A stretch of DNA of 64,000 nt from Octopus sinensis. Lineage: Eukaryota. Each line of letters opens with the position of its first letter. Position 1 is the first letter of the stretch. Below the pieces are notes generated by a model. That model was not told the origin of the DNA and searched no databases. It saw only the letters and a list, made by a program, of their open reading frames with translations. The DNA lies in NCBI RefSeq assembly GCF_006345805.1, contig NC_043011.1, positions 35,662,464 through 35,726,463 of the forward strand, written 5' to 3'. The position numbers and the translations under genes are program-made. Of the stretch, positions 25,554 through 39,345 are shown one piece after another.

Positions 25554-26174
25554 ATATCATTTGTTAAAACAGCATCTTAGCCACCACATCATATGTCACA
25601 ATATTTTACATTGCTTTATCTATGTAAGTTAGACTGACTGTACATTTGGAGATCGTTTATACTGTACAACTGAATGCTGGCACATTATGATTATTAGCAA
25701 TCGCCAAGAAACATCATTCTGTGTAGTAAGTGAATTAACTTCACTAAAACTTATTCTAGCTTTCTTGTCTTATAAGTTTCATCTCTCTATCTCCCTCTTT
25801 CTCTCCTTCTCTCTCCCCCCTCTCTCTTTCTCTCTCTCATTAGATAACAATGTCATGCTATCATGGAATGTTTTGACTGGAAGGACTGTGAATTCATGCT
25901 CTAAGATAATGAAACGTTCATTAGTTATGCACTATTCTAGTTCTTTTATGGTAAACAGTGACAGCTACACCTCTAATAGGCGTCTGTTTACACTTAAATG
26001 AACAGAGCTATTGAGACGCACATGAAATGTCCTCCACTGCGTAGCCAGTATACTGACATCTTAACAACATGGTTAGATTGTGAATCTTAAAGAAGCCACT
26101 GAATCCAAAATAATGCTATCAATCTAAGGTTGTAATTTAAATTGAAGTTTCTGAGAAATATTTAACACTTGTCT

Positions 26175-27810
26175 CCAGTGATACAAGCTGAAGTAATCCC
26201 CAGTTATTGGAAGAAGAGTTGCTTCAGCTATTTGGTAGAAATAACTACTGCCTCAATTATTGGTAGAAGTAATATTTTTGTTATTGGTAGATGTGACAGT
26301 TCAGTTAATGGTAGAAGTAATTTTTCAGTTATTGGTAGATGTGGCAGTTCAGTTAATGGTCGAAGTAATTTTTCAGTTATTGGTAGATGTGACAGTTCAG
26401 TTAATGGTTAAAGTAATTTTTCAGTTATTGGTAGATGTGGCAGTTCAGTTAATGGTTGAAGTAATTTTTCAGTTATTGGTAGATGTGACAGTTCAGTTAA
26501 TGGTTAAAGTAATTTTTCAGTTATTGGTAGATGTGGCAGTTCAGTTAATGGTTAAAGTAATTTTTCAGTTATTGGTAGATGTGGCAGTTCAGTTAATGGT
26601 TGAAGTAATTTTTCAGTTATTGGTAGATGTGACAGTTAAGTTAATGGTTAAAGTAATTTTTCAGTTATTGGTAGATGTGGCAGTTCAGTTAATGGTTGAA
26701 GTAATTTTTCAGTTATTGGTAGAAGTAATTTTTCAGTTATTGGTAGATGTGAGAGTTCAGTTAATGGTTGAAGTAATTTTTCAGTTATTGGTAGATGTGA
26801 CAGTTCAGTTAATGGTAGAAGTAATTTTTCTGTTATTGGTAGATGTGACAGTTCAGTTATTGGTAGAATTAATTTTTCAGTTATTGGTAGATGTGACAGT
26901 TCAGTTAATGGTAGAAGTAATTTTTCTGTTATTGGTAGATGTGACAGTTCAGTTATTGGTAGAAGTAATTTTTCAGTTATTGGTAGATGTGACAGTTCAG
27001 TTAATGGTTGAAGTAATTTTTCAGTTATTGGTAGATGTGACAGTTCAGTTAATGGTAGAAGTAATTTTTCTGTTATTGGAAGATGTGACAGTTCAGTTAA
27101 TGGTAGAAGTAATTTTTTAGTCATTGGTAGATGTGACAGTTCAGTTAATGGTAGAAGTAATTTTTTAGTCATTGGCAGATGTGACAGTTCAGTTAGTGGT
27201 AGAAGTAAGTTTTCAGTTATTGGTAGATGTGACAGTTCTGTTACTGGTAGAAAGAAAAATTCCGTTACTGGTAGAAGTAATCTTTCAGTTAGTGACAAAG
27301 GTTCTGTTTCTGTTACTGATAGAAGTACTATTACAGTTACTGGTAGACATAATGGTGCAGTTAGTATTAGAAGCCATGTTTTAGCTATTGATACAAGTAA
27401 TGGTTTCACCACTAGTAGGAATAACTGCTTCATTATTGGTAGAAGCAATTTTGTAGTTACTGGTTGAAGGCATATTTCTCTTACTGACACAAGTAATAGT
27501 TCAAATAATGGTAGAAATACTACTTTGATTACTAATAGAAGTACTACTTTAGTTACTGGTAGATGTACTATTTTAGTTTTTAGTAATAGTTCAGTTACTT
27601 GCAGAAGCATTATTTCAGCTATTGATACATCTAATGCATTTATTAATGGTAGAAGTAGCTTCGGTTACTGGTAGAAGCACTGTTTTTGAATTACTTGTAG
27701 AAGAGACAGTTTCAGATACTGGCAGAAGTAACTGTTCAAGGGACTGGTAGAAATGCTGCTCCATTTACTACAACTAACGGTTCAGTTAATGTCAGAAGTC
27801 CAGCATTTTA
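26175..27810. repeat. Minisatellite: two alternating 24-bp monomers (48-bp higher-order unit), homogeneous core ~26265-27190, diverged flanks
   Basis: GTAGAAGTAATTTTTCAGTTATTG and GTAGATGTGACAGTTCAGTTAATG repeated about 19 times. Confidence 0.95.
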
Positions 27811-29382
27811 AAAAACAATTTTTCCATAATATTACTACTACACACATCTATACTGCTCAATATTTCAATTCAATGTCTCGGCTTAGCTCTGTTTGGCAGA
27901 AGAGATGATGACTGAGGTAGGTAGACTGGAAAGAATGTGTTTGTGGTACATTTTTTGGGAGGTGGACAGGGAGGGAATGGGGCTTCCTGTATTATTTTAG
28001 TTTAAAAAATTTTTTAGACATGACAGTTTCGTGTTTCATATTCACAGATAATCAGAGAAAAGTTGATCTATAGTTCTGTTTGATCATAAATGTTTTATTT
28101 CTCCTCTTCTACTTTCCCTTCATTTTCACTTAGAGATTGCAGCATGCAATATAAGAAATATTCTCAAAGTAAATAGTCGTAAGCCATGAGACACGAAAAC
28201 TGTTCATGAAATGAATGCTAAAAAGAACAAGAGAAAACATAAACAAAAATATAAATGCTTTTTGTCAGTTTTTAAGTTTTTCTTCATTTCTTCCTTAAAA
28301 GCAAATAATAAGATGAATAATAAAGAGGAAACTCTGCAAAAAAATAATACAAGGAAAATAATACAAACACCAACAACTTCATGATCACTTTGAAGAAGAG
28401 TAAACAGATAAGAGATTATGTTCATATGATTTAAGAGCCAAAAGAGATGATTATCAATTCCTTTTTTTTTATGGAGATATCTTTACAGACTGATGTACTA
28501 TTTGATTAAAGTAAGGGTTTTACATTCTTTGTTTATTTCAAACTTGAAGAAAACAAAATGAAAAATATATATATATGTATATAATTGGAAAAAAAAAATG
28601 ATAAAAATGAAGAAAAAAGCATCATGCAGATGGCTGAACATAGAAAAGAGCAGGTTTGTGCAATATATGGTCTGAAAGACATACAAGATCCTCTGAGACT
28701 TCTGGTGCAAGCTGTGAGCAACTCCAGAGAAAAAGATTTGTATTGATAGAAAAGTTAAGGGATAAACAGTAGAAGTAACTGGGTGAAAATGAGCATATTC
28801 TATATTTTCAGAATATATTAGTTAAATTAACGTTAGCATTTAATGAAGGGAATATTAAGAAGTTAAGATTAGATTATGCAGTAAGTGAAATACCCAATAT
28901 TAATTAATAGAGAATATTCTTTTAGTTATTCTGTTAGTTATATGTTTGTTCCTTCTCAAGCCATGCCTGGCTCATAAGGGCCAGTTTCCCAGTTTCCTTA
29001 GTGTATAGGTTCCCCAACTAGACAGGACGCCGGTCCATCGCAGGTGAGCTGCAAGATGCAGGAGGAAAGAGTGAGAGAAATTTGTGGCGAAAGAGTCAGT
29101 AGAAGTTCGCCATTACATTCTGCCGGAGCCACGTGGAGCTTAGGTGTTTCGCTAATAAACACACACATCGCCTGGTCTGAGATTCGAACCCGCGATCCCT
29201 CAACCGTGAGTCCACTGCTCTAACCACTAGGCCATGTGCCTCCACCGTTAGTTATATGAGAAAGCTACTCACATATTACAGTCTTATCATGACTTCACCG
29301 GACAAGCATAGATTTCATTCTCTAAATAAATCTATTTTCCTATGGTAATGAATATAGAGTATAATTTAATTTGTCAACTCAC

Positions 29383-29455
29383 CAGTTCGGTCTAATGTCA
29401 CTGCAGGATGGATAACCTCCACATATGTTGTTGGTTTGTTCTTTTGAACAGATAG
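29383..29455 (-). CDS. Candidate 73-nt exon (phase 0 to 1), LSVQKNKPTTYVEVIHPAVTLDRT
   Basis: Donor CTG|gtgagt is strong and acceptor ccatctaatag is weak. Open frame bridges 37105 and 25011 in phase. Confidence 0.35.
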
Positions 29456-30480
29456 CTATTAGATGGGTGTTACTGCCACATATGTAAAAGATAGTTCTTC
29501 TATCTTGGATGCTGAGCTTTAATATTTTCTCAGCAGACTCTACAAGCTGCAGATTTGTTATTTCCTTTTGGTCTTGCAAAGCCATGAGAACTTGTATGTC
29601 CATGTTGATCCTAACCAATCACATATTGCCAAGGGAAAAGCAAAGGGGCTGATACAGCTTGGCACCAGTGACATCGCAACACATTTCTACAGCTGAGTGA
29701 ACTGGAGTAACATGAAATAAAGTGTTTTACTGAAGAACACAACACACACCCTGATCCAGGAATCGAACTCTCTACTTCTTGATTGTGAGTCTGATGCTCT
29801 AACCACTGAGCCACGTATCTTCATTAGTCGTAGGAGCAGTAGTAATAAGAAGGTTTGTAGTCGGTTAACACAACATCCTGGAACTGTTAGTTATTTCACC
29901 ATTAATTGAAAGGAAGTGAAGTCACATGGCTTAGTGGTTAGAGTATTTGGCTCATGAGCATAAGGTCATGAGTTCGACTCCTGGTAATGCATTGTGTTCT
30001 TGAGCAAGACACTTTAATTCATGTTGCCTCAGTCCACTCAGCTGGCAAAAATGAGTAGTACCTGTACTTTAAAGAACCAACCTTGTCACATTCTTTGTCA
30101 TGCTGTATCTCTCTGTCACATTCTTTGTCATGCTGTACTCTTAAAGGTAAGCGTGTCTGTGGAGTACTCAGGCTGTTCTGTTGATGAAATCAACTGGAAT
30201 CCTCGTCATTATAACCGAAGGTGTACCCAGTTATTTGAGAGGAAGAAAACCCCAGAAAGAAACCTAGATGGATATGAACTCAGGACTGTAAAATGAAAGG
30301 TAATCATTATCTTCAGTCATCCAGTCTGTCTGTATGTCTTTCTTTATCCACATCATCCCTACCATCATATCTACTTCCCACAACTCATCTACTCATCAAT
30401 ATTAATGTAATTCTTGATAATAAAGTGGCTTGAAGACAAGGAAAGTATGCGTGCATGTGAGTATGTCTTTTGCACGCGTG

Positions 30481-30523
<43 letters not shown>

Positions 30524-30673
30524 TTGTGTGAGTACGTATATAAAAGAAGATGGAAAGTGATATTGAGAAAAGGCGATATTTACTTTCAGGGACCAATAAT
30601 CAGAACTGTGTTTGAAGTTGTATCAGAATTTAATCAATTTCCTTGCATATTTATTCAAAGAAAATTGTATTCC

Positions 30674-30735
<62 letters not shown>

Positions 30736-30825
30736 GTCACTGCATATTTATATGAGAGATTGAATATATCTTACTTATATATCACTTGTTTAACTGTGTT
30801 GTTGTTTTTTACTAGTTTGTAGTTT

Positions 30826-30863
<38 letters not shown>

Positions 30864-31639
30864 TGTTGTTGTTGTTATTACCCTCTTTAAGTACAGAAAG
30901 ATGACAACTTAATGGTAGAATCTTTGGCATGATTTTTATGCAATTTTTATCGTTGTTGGTGTAGCTGCTTAGTTCCAGATCATCCCCGATGGAGTAGACC
31001 TATGATCAAAGATATTCCAGCAGTAAGCATTCCAACATTATTTTATCTTTAATCATAATACTTCTTTTAAGATGGTAGTGTGTAGTATGCAGAGATGGGA
31101 AGATTGGACTACTATTTCTAGCAAATCCAGTGAACATGTACTGGGTTTGTCACTAGATCAGGCAGGCTTTGTCAGGGTATCTGAGTTCTAAAAGCTGTCT
31201 ATTATGTCATGTCAGGTGCATGAAAACAGATTCATTAGTGTCTGTTCCCTGACTATTAATCGAATATATCTTGCATTTTAGTATCCTTACAGCTTCTATA
31301 TAAACAAAACTGTTATTACAGATATTCAGCCATAAACTGAATATCTGTATGTTTAACCATTTTTGAGAGAGGCAGTGTAGTATTTGTGGATAAACTGATT
31401 GTGATTCCTTGCAATATCAAAAAAGGGAGACAATTTAATATATTTTTGTCTTGCAAGAAACCTGGTGACCCTGTTAGTGCAGGTGCCACTTAAAAAGCAT
31501 CCAGTCCATGCTGTAAAATGGTTGGCACTTGGAAGGGCACTCAGCTGTATAAACCTTGCCAAAAACTGACCTTGCCAGTGCTGGTGCCATGTAAACAGCA
31601 CTAAAGCCACTCTGAAATATTTTGAAGAGGGGGGATGGT

Positions 31640-32895
31640 TGATTAAATTGATCCCATTATGCAACTGGTACTTAATTTTTTGACCTTTAAAGGATGAAAG
31701 GCAAAGTCAACCTTGGCAGAATTTGAACTCAGAATGTAAAGACAGACAAAATACTGCTAAGCATTTCACCCAGCATGCTAATGTTTCTTATTTCTTTATT
31801 GCCCACAAGGGGCTAAACATAGAGAGGACAAACAAGGATGGACAAAGGGATTAAGTCGATTTCATCGACCCCAGTGTGTAACTAGTACTTAATTTATCGA
31901 TCCCAGAAGGATGAAAGGCAAAGTCAACCTCGGCAGAATTTGAACTCAGAACGTAACGGCAGACAAAATACTGCTAAGCATTTCACCCAGCATGCTAATG
32001 TTTCTTATTTCTTTATTGCCCACAAGGGGCTAAACATAGAGAGGACAAACAAGGATGGACAAAGGGATTAAGTCGATTTCATCGACCCCAGTGTGTAACT
32101 AGTACTTAATTTATCGATCCCAGAAGGATGAAAGGCAAAGTCAACCTCGGCAGAATTTGAACTCAGAACGTAACGGCAGACAAAATACTGCTAAGCATTT
32201 CACCCAGCATGCTAATGTTTCTTATTTCTTTATTGCCCACAAGGGGCTAAACATAGAGAGGACAAACAAGGATGGACAAAGGGATTAAGTCGATTTCATC
32301 GACCCCAGTGTGTAACTAGTACTTAATTTATCGATCCCAGAAGGATGAAAGGCAAAGTCAACCTCGGCAGAATTTGAACTTAGAATGTAAAGACAGACAA
32401 AATACTGCTAAGCATTTCACCCAGCATGCTAATGTTTCTTATTTCTTTATTGCCCACAAGGGGCTAAACATAGAGAGGACAAACAAGGATGGACAAAGGG
32501 ATTAAGTCGATTTCATCGACCCCAGTGTGTAACTAGTACTTAATTTATCGATCCCAGAAGGATGAAAGGCAAAGTCAACCTCGGCAGAATTTGAACTTAG
32601 AATGTAACGGCAGACGAAATACCGCTAAGCATTTCACCCCCGGCATGCTAATGTTTCTTATTTCTTTATTGCCCACAAGGGGCTAAACATAGAGAGGACA
32701 AACAAGGATGGACAAAGGGATTAAGTCGATTTCATCGACCCCAGTGTGTAACTAGTACTTAATTTATCGATCCCAGAAGGATGAAAGGCAAAGTCAACCT
32801 CGGCAGAATTTGAACTCAGAACGTAACGGCAGACGAAATACCGCTAAGCATTTCACCCCCGGCATGCTAATGTTTCTGCCAGCTTGCCACCTTAC
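31640..32895 (-). repeat. Tandem array of SINE family B body, 217-bp unit, five full units plus a partial, with a single head
   Basis: gcccacaagg recurs at 31801, 32018, 32235, 32452 and 32671. The head (ctgccagcttgccacc) occurs only at 32877-32893. Confidence 0.9.
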
Positions 32896-33964
32896 CATAC
32901 TAGATAATTTAACAAAGCAATGATAACGTTAAAATATACAGCTTGATTGTTAATTAGATAATTGTTTCAATTTCTACATAAATATATATTCTTACTTGGA
33001 AGAATATATATGTCAGTTGGCAAAAATCATTAGAATATCAGATAACATTGCACTCATTGTTCTAGTTAAGTGCATTGTGAATTCAAATGCCACAGAAGTG
33101 AACTTCACACTTTTCTCTTTAGGGGGTTGATAAGTAAATGTCCAATTTCTGAGTTTGGTTTCTCTCTTGCTCTACCCCTCCTTTTCTCTCTCCTCCCCTT
33201 TTGATTTGCTCTGAGGTAGTCATGGATGTCATCTGTATTCTCTTTACTCCAATAAACAGAATTTTGCAATTTTTTCTTGCATGAAGTATGTTACAAAAGC
33301 TGTGCAAAGAAGCCATAAAATCCTGGAGAGTGTATTGTTAATGGCTCAATGTTAATAAAATTAATTGTAAAGATACTATAATATATTAAAAGAATTAATC
33401 CAGTGTTAAGTGAAAAGTAATTATTATGAAACCTAGATCAGCAAAATTTATGATTTTCATGATGAAGGCAAGAAAGTCTCAAGAGAGGAGAAACGAGAAC
33501 TTGCAGTATTTGGCTTTTATCAACCAGTATTAGAGCAAATGTCAATAGTACAATGAGATTAGGACAGTTAAAATTAGTAGTACAATAAAAGAAGTTATTG
33601 TATTGGAGATTCAAAAGTCATGGATGTTACAGACTGAATTCACAAAGAATTTACTAATGTACAATGTATAAAAAGAGCAAATGAAAACAAGAGCCTGGGG
33701 ATACTGTTTGTTCAGAAATATCCTAATGGTTTAAACAGTTTAACAATTCAGTAGAGTCTGCTGACTAGACTAACATAGAACTTATAAACCAATGAAGAAA
33801 CTTTAACATGTTCGCTTGATGTGCTAGACATAGCAGCCACATCGCTTGTAAATCAGACAGTGCTGTACAGAAAATAAACAAAGGGGACACACTGGTTAAT
33901 AGAGACAAGCTTAACATGACATATAGGGAAAAAAATTAGTGAGTATCTTTTTTAGTTTTTGTTA

Positions 33965-34292
33965 TTTTGTTTGTTTCAGTCATTAGACTGCGGCCATGCT
34001 GGGGCACCACCTTGAAGACTTTTTAGTTGAATGAATTAACCCCAGTATGTCTTGTATTTGTTTTTAAAACCTGGTACTTATTGTATCGATCTCTTTTGCC
34101 AAACTGCTAAGTTATGGAGACATAAACACATCAACACACATAGATGTACATATGTACACAATGGGCTTCTTTCAGTTTCCATCTTCCAAATCCACTCACA
34201 AGGCTTTGGTCAGCCTGAGGCTATAGGAGAAGACACTTGCTCAAAATGCTGTGCAGTAGGACTGAACCCAGAACCATGTGGTTGGGAAGCTA
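33965..34292 (-). mobile_element. SINE family A copy, diverged with internal deletion
   Basis: Tail and head blocks recognisable. Confidence 0.7.
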
Positions 34293-34834
34293 GCTCCTTA
34301 CCATATGATCAAGATTGGAATGCATTTTATCACAGACTTACTCTACCGGATACTAAACAGTGTTAATCAACAACAAGGATAAGAGAGCATGTGTGTTCTA
34401 ACACTGGTATCTGTATATGGTCATTTGACTGGTTACACACATTCAACAAATGTTTTTCAGATCACATCCTATTCTTTGTAAAGGAAGAGCACCACACTTT
34501 TTGGGAGGTAGAAATATGTTGCTTTTCTTCTTGTCTGCCTCTTCTTCGACAAACTCTTCTTGCAAAGAAACACTCTCTTTTGTAACATGCCACTATCACG
34601 CTGTCACAGAATGTATCCGATTCCTTTTCCAAACCTGCCAGTGACCTAGTAACATTAGCAAAACTACTTTTAGTGCTATTAATGTTATTACAAAATTTTC
34701 CGTTGGCAAAATGTGTGTGGGAATGCATGTATGTTTGTGTGCATGCGTGTGCATGTATGCATACATGTTTGTGAATGTGTATAACAGAGATGTTGCTGCT
34801 AACAAATGCCATTGGTACTGGTTCAAGAAATACT

Positions 34835-35038
34835 TTTTACTTTTTTACTCTCTTTTATTGGTTTCAGTCATTTGACTGTGGCCATGCTGGAACACCGCCT
34901 TTATAGTCAAGCAAATCAGCCCCAGAGCTTGTTCTTTGTAAGCCTGGTACTTATTCTATCAGTCTCTTTTGCTGAACCGCTAAGTTACGGGGACGTAAAC
35001 ACACCAGCATCGGTTGCCAAGCGATGCTGGGGGGACAA

Positions 35039-35079
<41 letters not shown>

Positions 35080-35228
35080 CGACGGGCTTCTTCCAGTTTC
35101 CGTCTTCCAAATTCACTCACAAGGCTTTGGTCGGCCCGAGGCTATAGTAGAAAACACTTGCCCAAGGTGCCATGCAGTGGGACTGAACCCGGAACCATAT
35201 GGTCGGTAAGCTAGCTACTTATCACACA
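34835..35228 (-). mobile_element. SINE family A copy
   Basis: Full-length similarity. Confidence 0.85.
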
Positions 35229-36510
35229 GGTCATTAGTTTTTTCAAAAGTGTATATGCTTTATTGTAAAACGTTCTTTTTCCTTTTTTTCCTGTTCGTTA
35301 TCCTTGTTTACAATGTATTTCTTTGAAAGGATATTACACCTATGTCTAATAGCATGACTGAATGAATGCAAACAAGAAACAAAAAGAAAAAGCTTTGTTA
35401 AGAAAATGTCTTGTTTTTCTTCGAACATGTTTCATCCCCTCATCCATAAAACAAAACTCCCACTTCTCAATGCAAACAATTCCGTATATGATTCCGTAGA
35501 GAAATAAACACTTAGTTGTTAGATAATATCAACAAATTGTAAATTCAAAACAGAAGCTACCTGCAAACACATCCTACTTTCCACTGCCCCCAAGGGTGGG
35601 GGAAAATACTGCCCACTTTGGGAACCACTGTTTAACAGTTCTACAAGCTTGCTGCCATATGGATTCAAATTTTGGGACAAGGCCAGCAATTTTGATGGGA
35701 TGTGAAAAGGTGATTACATGAACCCCAGTAATTTACTGGTACCATATATGTTAACTTTTACCTGCTTCAGTCATTAGACTGTGGCCATTCAGTCTGAATC
35801 TAAGATAGAAGACACTTGCCCAAGGTGTCATGCAGTGGGACTGAACCCAGAACCATGTGGTTTGGAAGCAAACTTCTTACCACACAGCCATAAATAAATA
35901 TTTTATTATACTTTCTATAAATCTGCCAGAATTTGAATTCAGAATGTAAACCAACAAAACAAAATAATAATTATGTCTGGTGTTTTACTGCTTTTGCAGA
36001 TCTTCATCTTCAACCTCCTCCTTATGCCAATGAGAATTGTAATGCTTTTTAAATGGTTAACTGATTCAGTGTACTGCGATAGTTTAAGATTATACTAAAA
36101 CTATTTTCCTTAAAAAAATTATCTGCGAAAACAAAATCACCCAAAATTCAAACCAAAATGAAGCAAAATATTTCTGATTGTGAATCTACATTGGAAGATG
36201 TGTGAGATATTAATAAAATAATGGCTTTACATAAATTTCTCAAAGGAGGCAAAACATAAAGAGTTATGTAGATAGACACACACATATATAAATATGTCTG
36301 CACACATACATACATATATAAATATATATATATAGAGAGAGAGACACACACACATACATATATATAAGCACACACACATGCATATATATATACATATATA
36401 TGTGTGTGTATATATATATATATATGTATATATATATGTGTGTGTATATATGTGTATATATGTATATATAAGTTTATATGTATATATAAGTATATATGTA
36501 TATATAAGTA

Positions 36511-36575
<65 letters not shown>

Positions 36576-37104
36576 TATAAGTATATATGTATATATACAT
36601 ACATATACATACATATATATATATAATATATATATCAGTGTATACAGGCAAGTGCTTCATGTGATTTTGACTCAAACCTTCTAAAATAGTCTGTTCCCCC
36701 TTCGCCCTGTCACACTAGATAAAACTAATGAACAAACAAAAGAAAACCCAAAAAGCAAAGACAAAAACAAAAACAAAAACAAAGATACATAGAAATGAAA
36801 TATAATAATAAAAAAAAAACATAATAACTACAAATTTCCAAATAAGACGAATGATGAAAGCTAAAAATTAAGAAGTTGGAAATTAAATTATTCTTTCAAA
36901 ATGTTAGTTTGCTATAAAATAATGATTCCAAGATGTAATGAAAAAATACCTTGCAGCCGTAACCCAGTAAGATTAACAATTGTTGTTATATGATTGTTTT
37001 AACGTGTGTTTTTGTTGTGCTAATTTTATTTCTCTATTTTCTTTATTTTCTTTGGGGTATTTTTGTGTGTGTGTTTATTTTTAACCTTTCTCTTTCTGAC
37101 TTAC

Positions 37105-37117
37105 ATTTGATGAAATG
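37105..37117 (-). CDS. Candidate 13-nt micro-exon CATTTCATCAAAT (phase 2 to 0, (N)ISSN)
   Basis: Minus strand reads ttttaatttcag|CATTTCATCAAAT|gtaagt, with both splice sites near consensus. Confidence 0.3.
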
Positions 37118-37797
37118 CTGAAATTAAAACTTACAGTTTCTTTAATTATTGTTTATCACTTTAAAATAGAACTTTTAATAGCAGAAACCTAAGATGTAGC
37201 ATATTCCGTTTAATTTTATAAAACAGTACACATAAGTGGAAAACTTACAAATAATGATGACAACAGGAACATTTTTGCTTTCTTTTTTTTTGTTTTCTAT
37301 TTTTGTTTTTTCTTTGGAGATAATTTATTTTGGTTCTAGGATACAAGAAGGGTTGTAAGCGCATGATGAGGTTTAAGGAAAGGAAAACAAACAAAATTAA
37401 AGACAAGCTGGGATTTAAAAATAATAAACAGAGAGGAAAAATTTATCATCAATATATTTTAAGGTTTTATTGATAGCAAAAGACAAAGAAAATACTGGCT
37501 GATGTCATAAATCTATAATGGCGCTATATTTATTCAGTTATTTCACACTTCATTCACTCTTTGTGTTCGTATTTTATTAAATTGTTCAAAATGGATGGTT
37601 GGTTTAAAAGTACCTCTTAGCATTAATTCTTTGTGTATTTTAATTCTGATTCCAGTTTACATTAAGACATCCAAAGTGATTCTTCAATGTCACCAACAAA
37701 CAGAATTAATAAACAAATATATAACAGTGTTTCAGTCTTAGAAAAGCAGTTAAAACTATTGATTTCTTATTGTCAGATATGGCAAAGAGAGAAAGAG

Positions 37798-37872
<75 letters not shown>

Positions 37873-38508
37873 GATCAAATATAGAGGAGCATAATGAGGT
37901 TGAGATTTTAGTTAATGCATATCAAAGATGATGGAATGGGGAATCAGCTTAACTGGTTTCAAATGGTAAACACAGATCGTCTAAGAGACAATGAGAAAGC
38001 TCCTACATGCTTGCATGAATAGGAAGAAATAGCAGCCACACTTCCCTCAAATGACCAAACTTCTTTAAAACTTCTTTTAAAAAAATGAAAGAAAAATGAC
38101 GTCCAAATTAAAATGAAACATTTTAAGGTTATTCCTGTTCTTTTTCTAAGCATTATTCAACTGTAACTAGATTATTTAATGTGTCTTCCATTTTCAAGAA
38201 ACTGTGAGTGCAATTTTTTGGAATATTTTGTTACTATTTCTTGGAGGTGAAGCGACCAGGCTGGAGGTCTAAGATCAGTTGGTTATACTGGTGTTGCTTT
38301 CATTGTTAACTGTTCATTTTATTGTTAATCTTCACAATCATCAATGCTAACCAAATATATTTATAACTCTCTGTCTATGTATGTACGTATGTATGTATGT
38401 ATGTATGTATGTATGTATGTCTGTCTGTATGTCTGTATGTATGTATGTATGTATGTATGTATGTATGTATGTATGTATCTCTCTCTTTCTCTCTAAATAT
38501 ATATATAT

Positions 38509-38852
38509 ATTGGGTCATCCCATAAATAATGTGGTTGTTTTTTACTTCTTTTATTTTTCAAAATTAATATAAACAAAGTTCTTTTTTAATCTGAAATATA
38601 TTCTCCTTCATTTTCTACAATGCTCTTCCATCTATCTTGCAGACTTGCAAGGCTCCTCTTTCAAAATTCGCTTGTCAGTGACAAAAAATACTTCTCCAGG
38701 ACTGTTCTCACTCTGTCTACAGAATTCATATTTTTTCCGTCCAGATGGAGCAATGTCTGGTGAATATGGTGGGTGGGCATCGTTTCCTATTAGAACTGCT
38801 CCACCCTTATGGAATACCATTCTCGGTGTATGTGGCCAAGCATTATTCTGAT
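38509..38852 (-). mobile_element. Mariner transposase C-terminal relic with terminal inverted repeat
   Basis: QNNAWPHT..HPPYSPDIAPS (YSPDLAPSD motif, with the catalytic D lost). TIR-like tattgggtcatcccataaataatg sits at a TA run. Confidence 0.8.
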
Positions 38853-38942
38853 ATATATATATATTTATACACACACACACACTCATATATATATATTTAT
38901 GGAAAGCGGACGTTAATCGATGATGATGATGATGATAATGAC

Positions 38943-39345
38943 ACAGGAGTGGCTGTGTGGTAAGTAGCTTGCTAACCAACCACATGGTTCCGGGTTCAGT
39001 CCCACTGCGTGGCATCTTGGGCAAGTGTCTTCTGCTATAGCCCCGGGCCAACCAATGCCTTGTGAGTGGATTTAGTAGACGGAAACTGAAAGAAGCCCAT
39101 CGTATATATGTATATGTGTGTATGTGTTTGTGTGTCTGTGTTTGTCCCCCCAGCATTGCTTGACAACCGATGCTGGTGTGTTTACGTCCCCGTTACATAG
39201 CGGTTTGGCAAAAGAGACCGATAGAATAAGTACTGGGCTTATAAGAATAGGTCCCGGGGTCGATTTGCTCGACTAAAGGCGGTGCTCCAGCATGGCCACA
39301 GTCAAAATGACTGAAACATGTAATAGATTAAAGAGTAAAAGAGTA
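38943..39345 (+). mobile_element. SINE family A copy
   Basis: Full-length similarity. Confidence 0.85.

Noticed and set aside
26260-27610. 286-aa Val-rich (+) and 320-aa Leu-rich (-) ORFs as genes
   Set aside because: Open frames arise from a 24-bp unit length. No splice or start context, and the composition is typical of alternative frames of a T/S repeat.
31640-32895. CRISPR or satellite of independent origin
   Set aside because: The unit is the body of SINE family B and there are no spacers.
34440-34650. Charged stretch EEFVEEEADKKKSNIFLPPKK on the minus strand
   Set aside because: Bounded by stops, no usable splice sites, family not recognised.
38632-39156. 174-aa ORF
   Set aside because: Read-through of an antisense SINE, microsatellites and a mariner relic.
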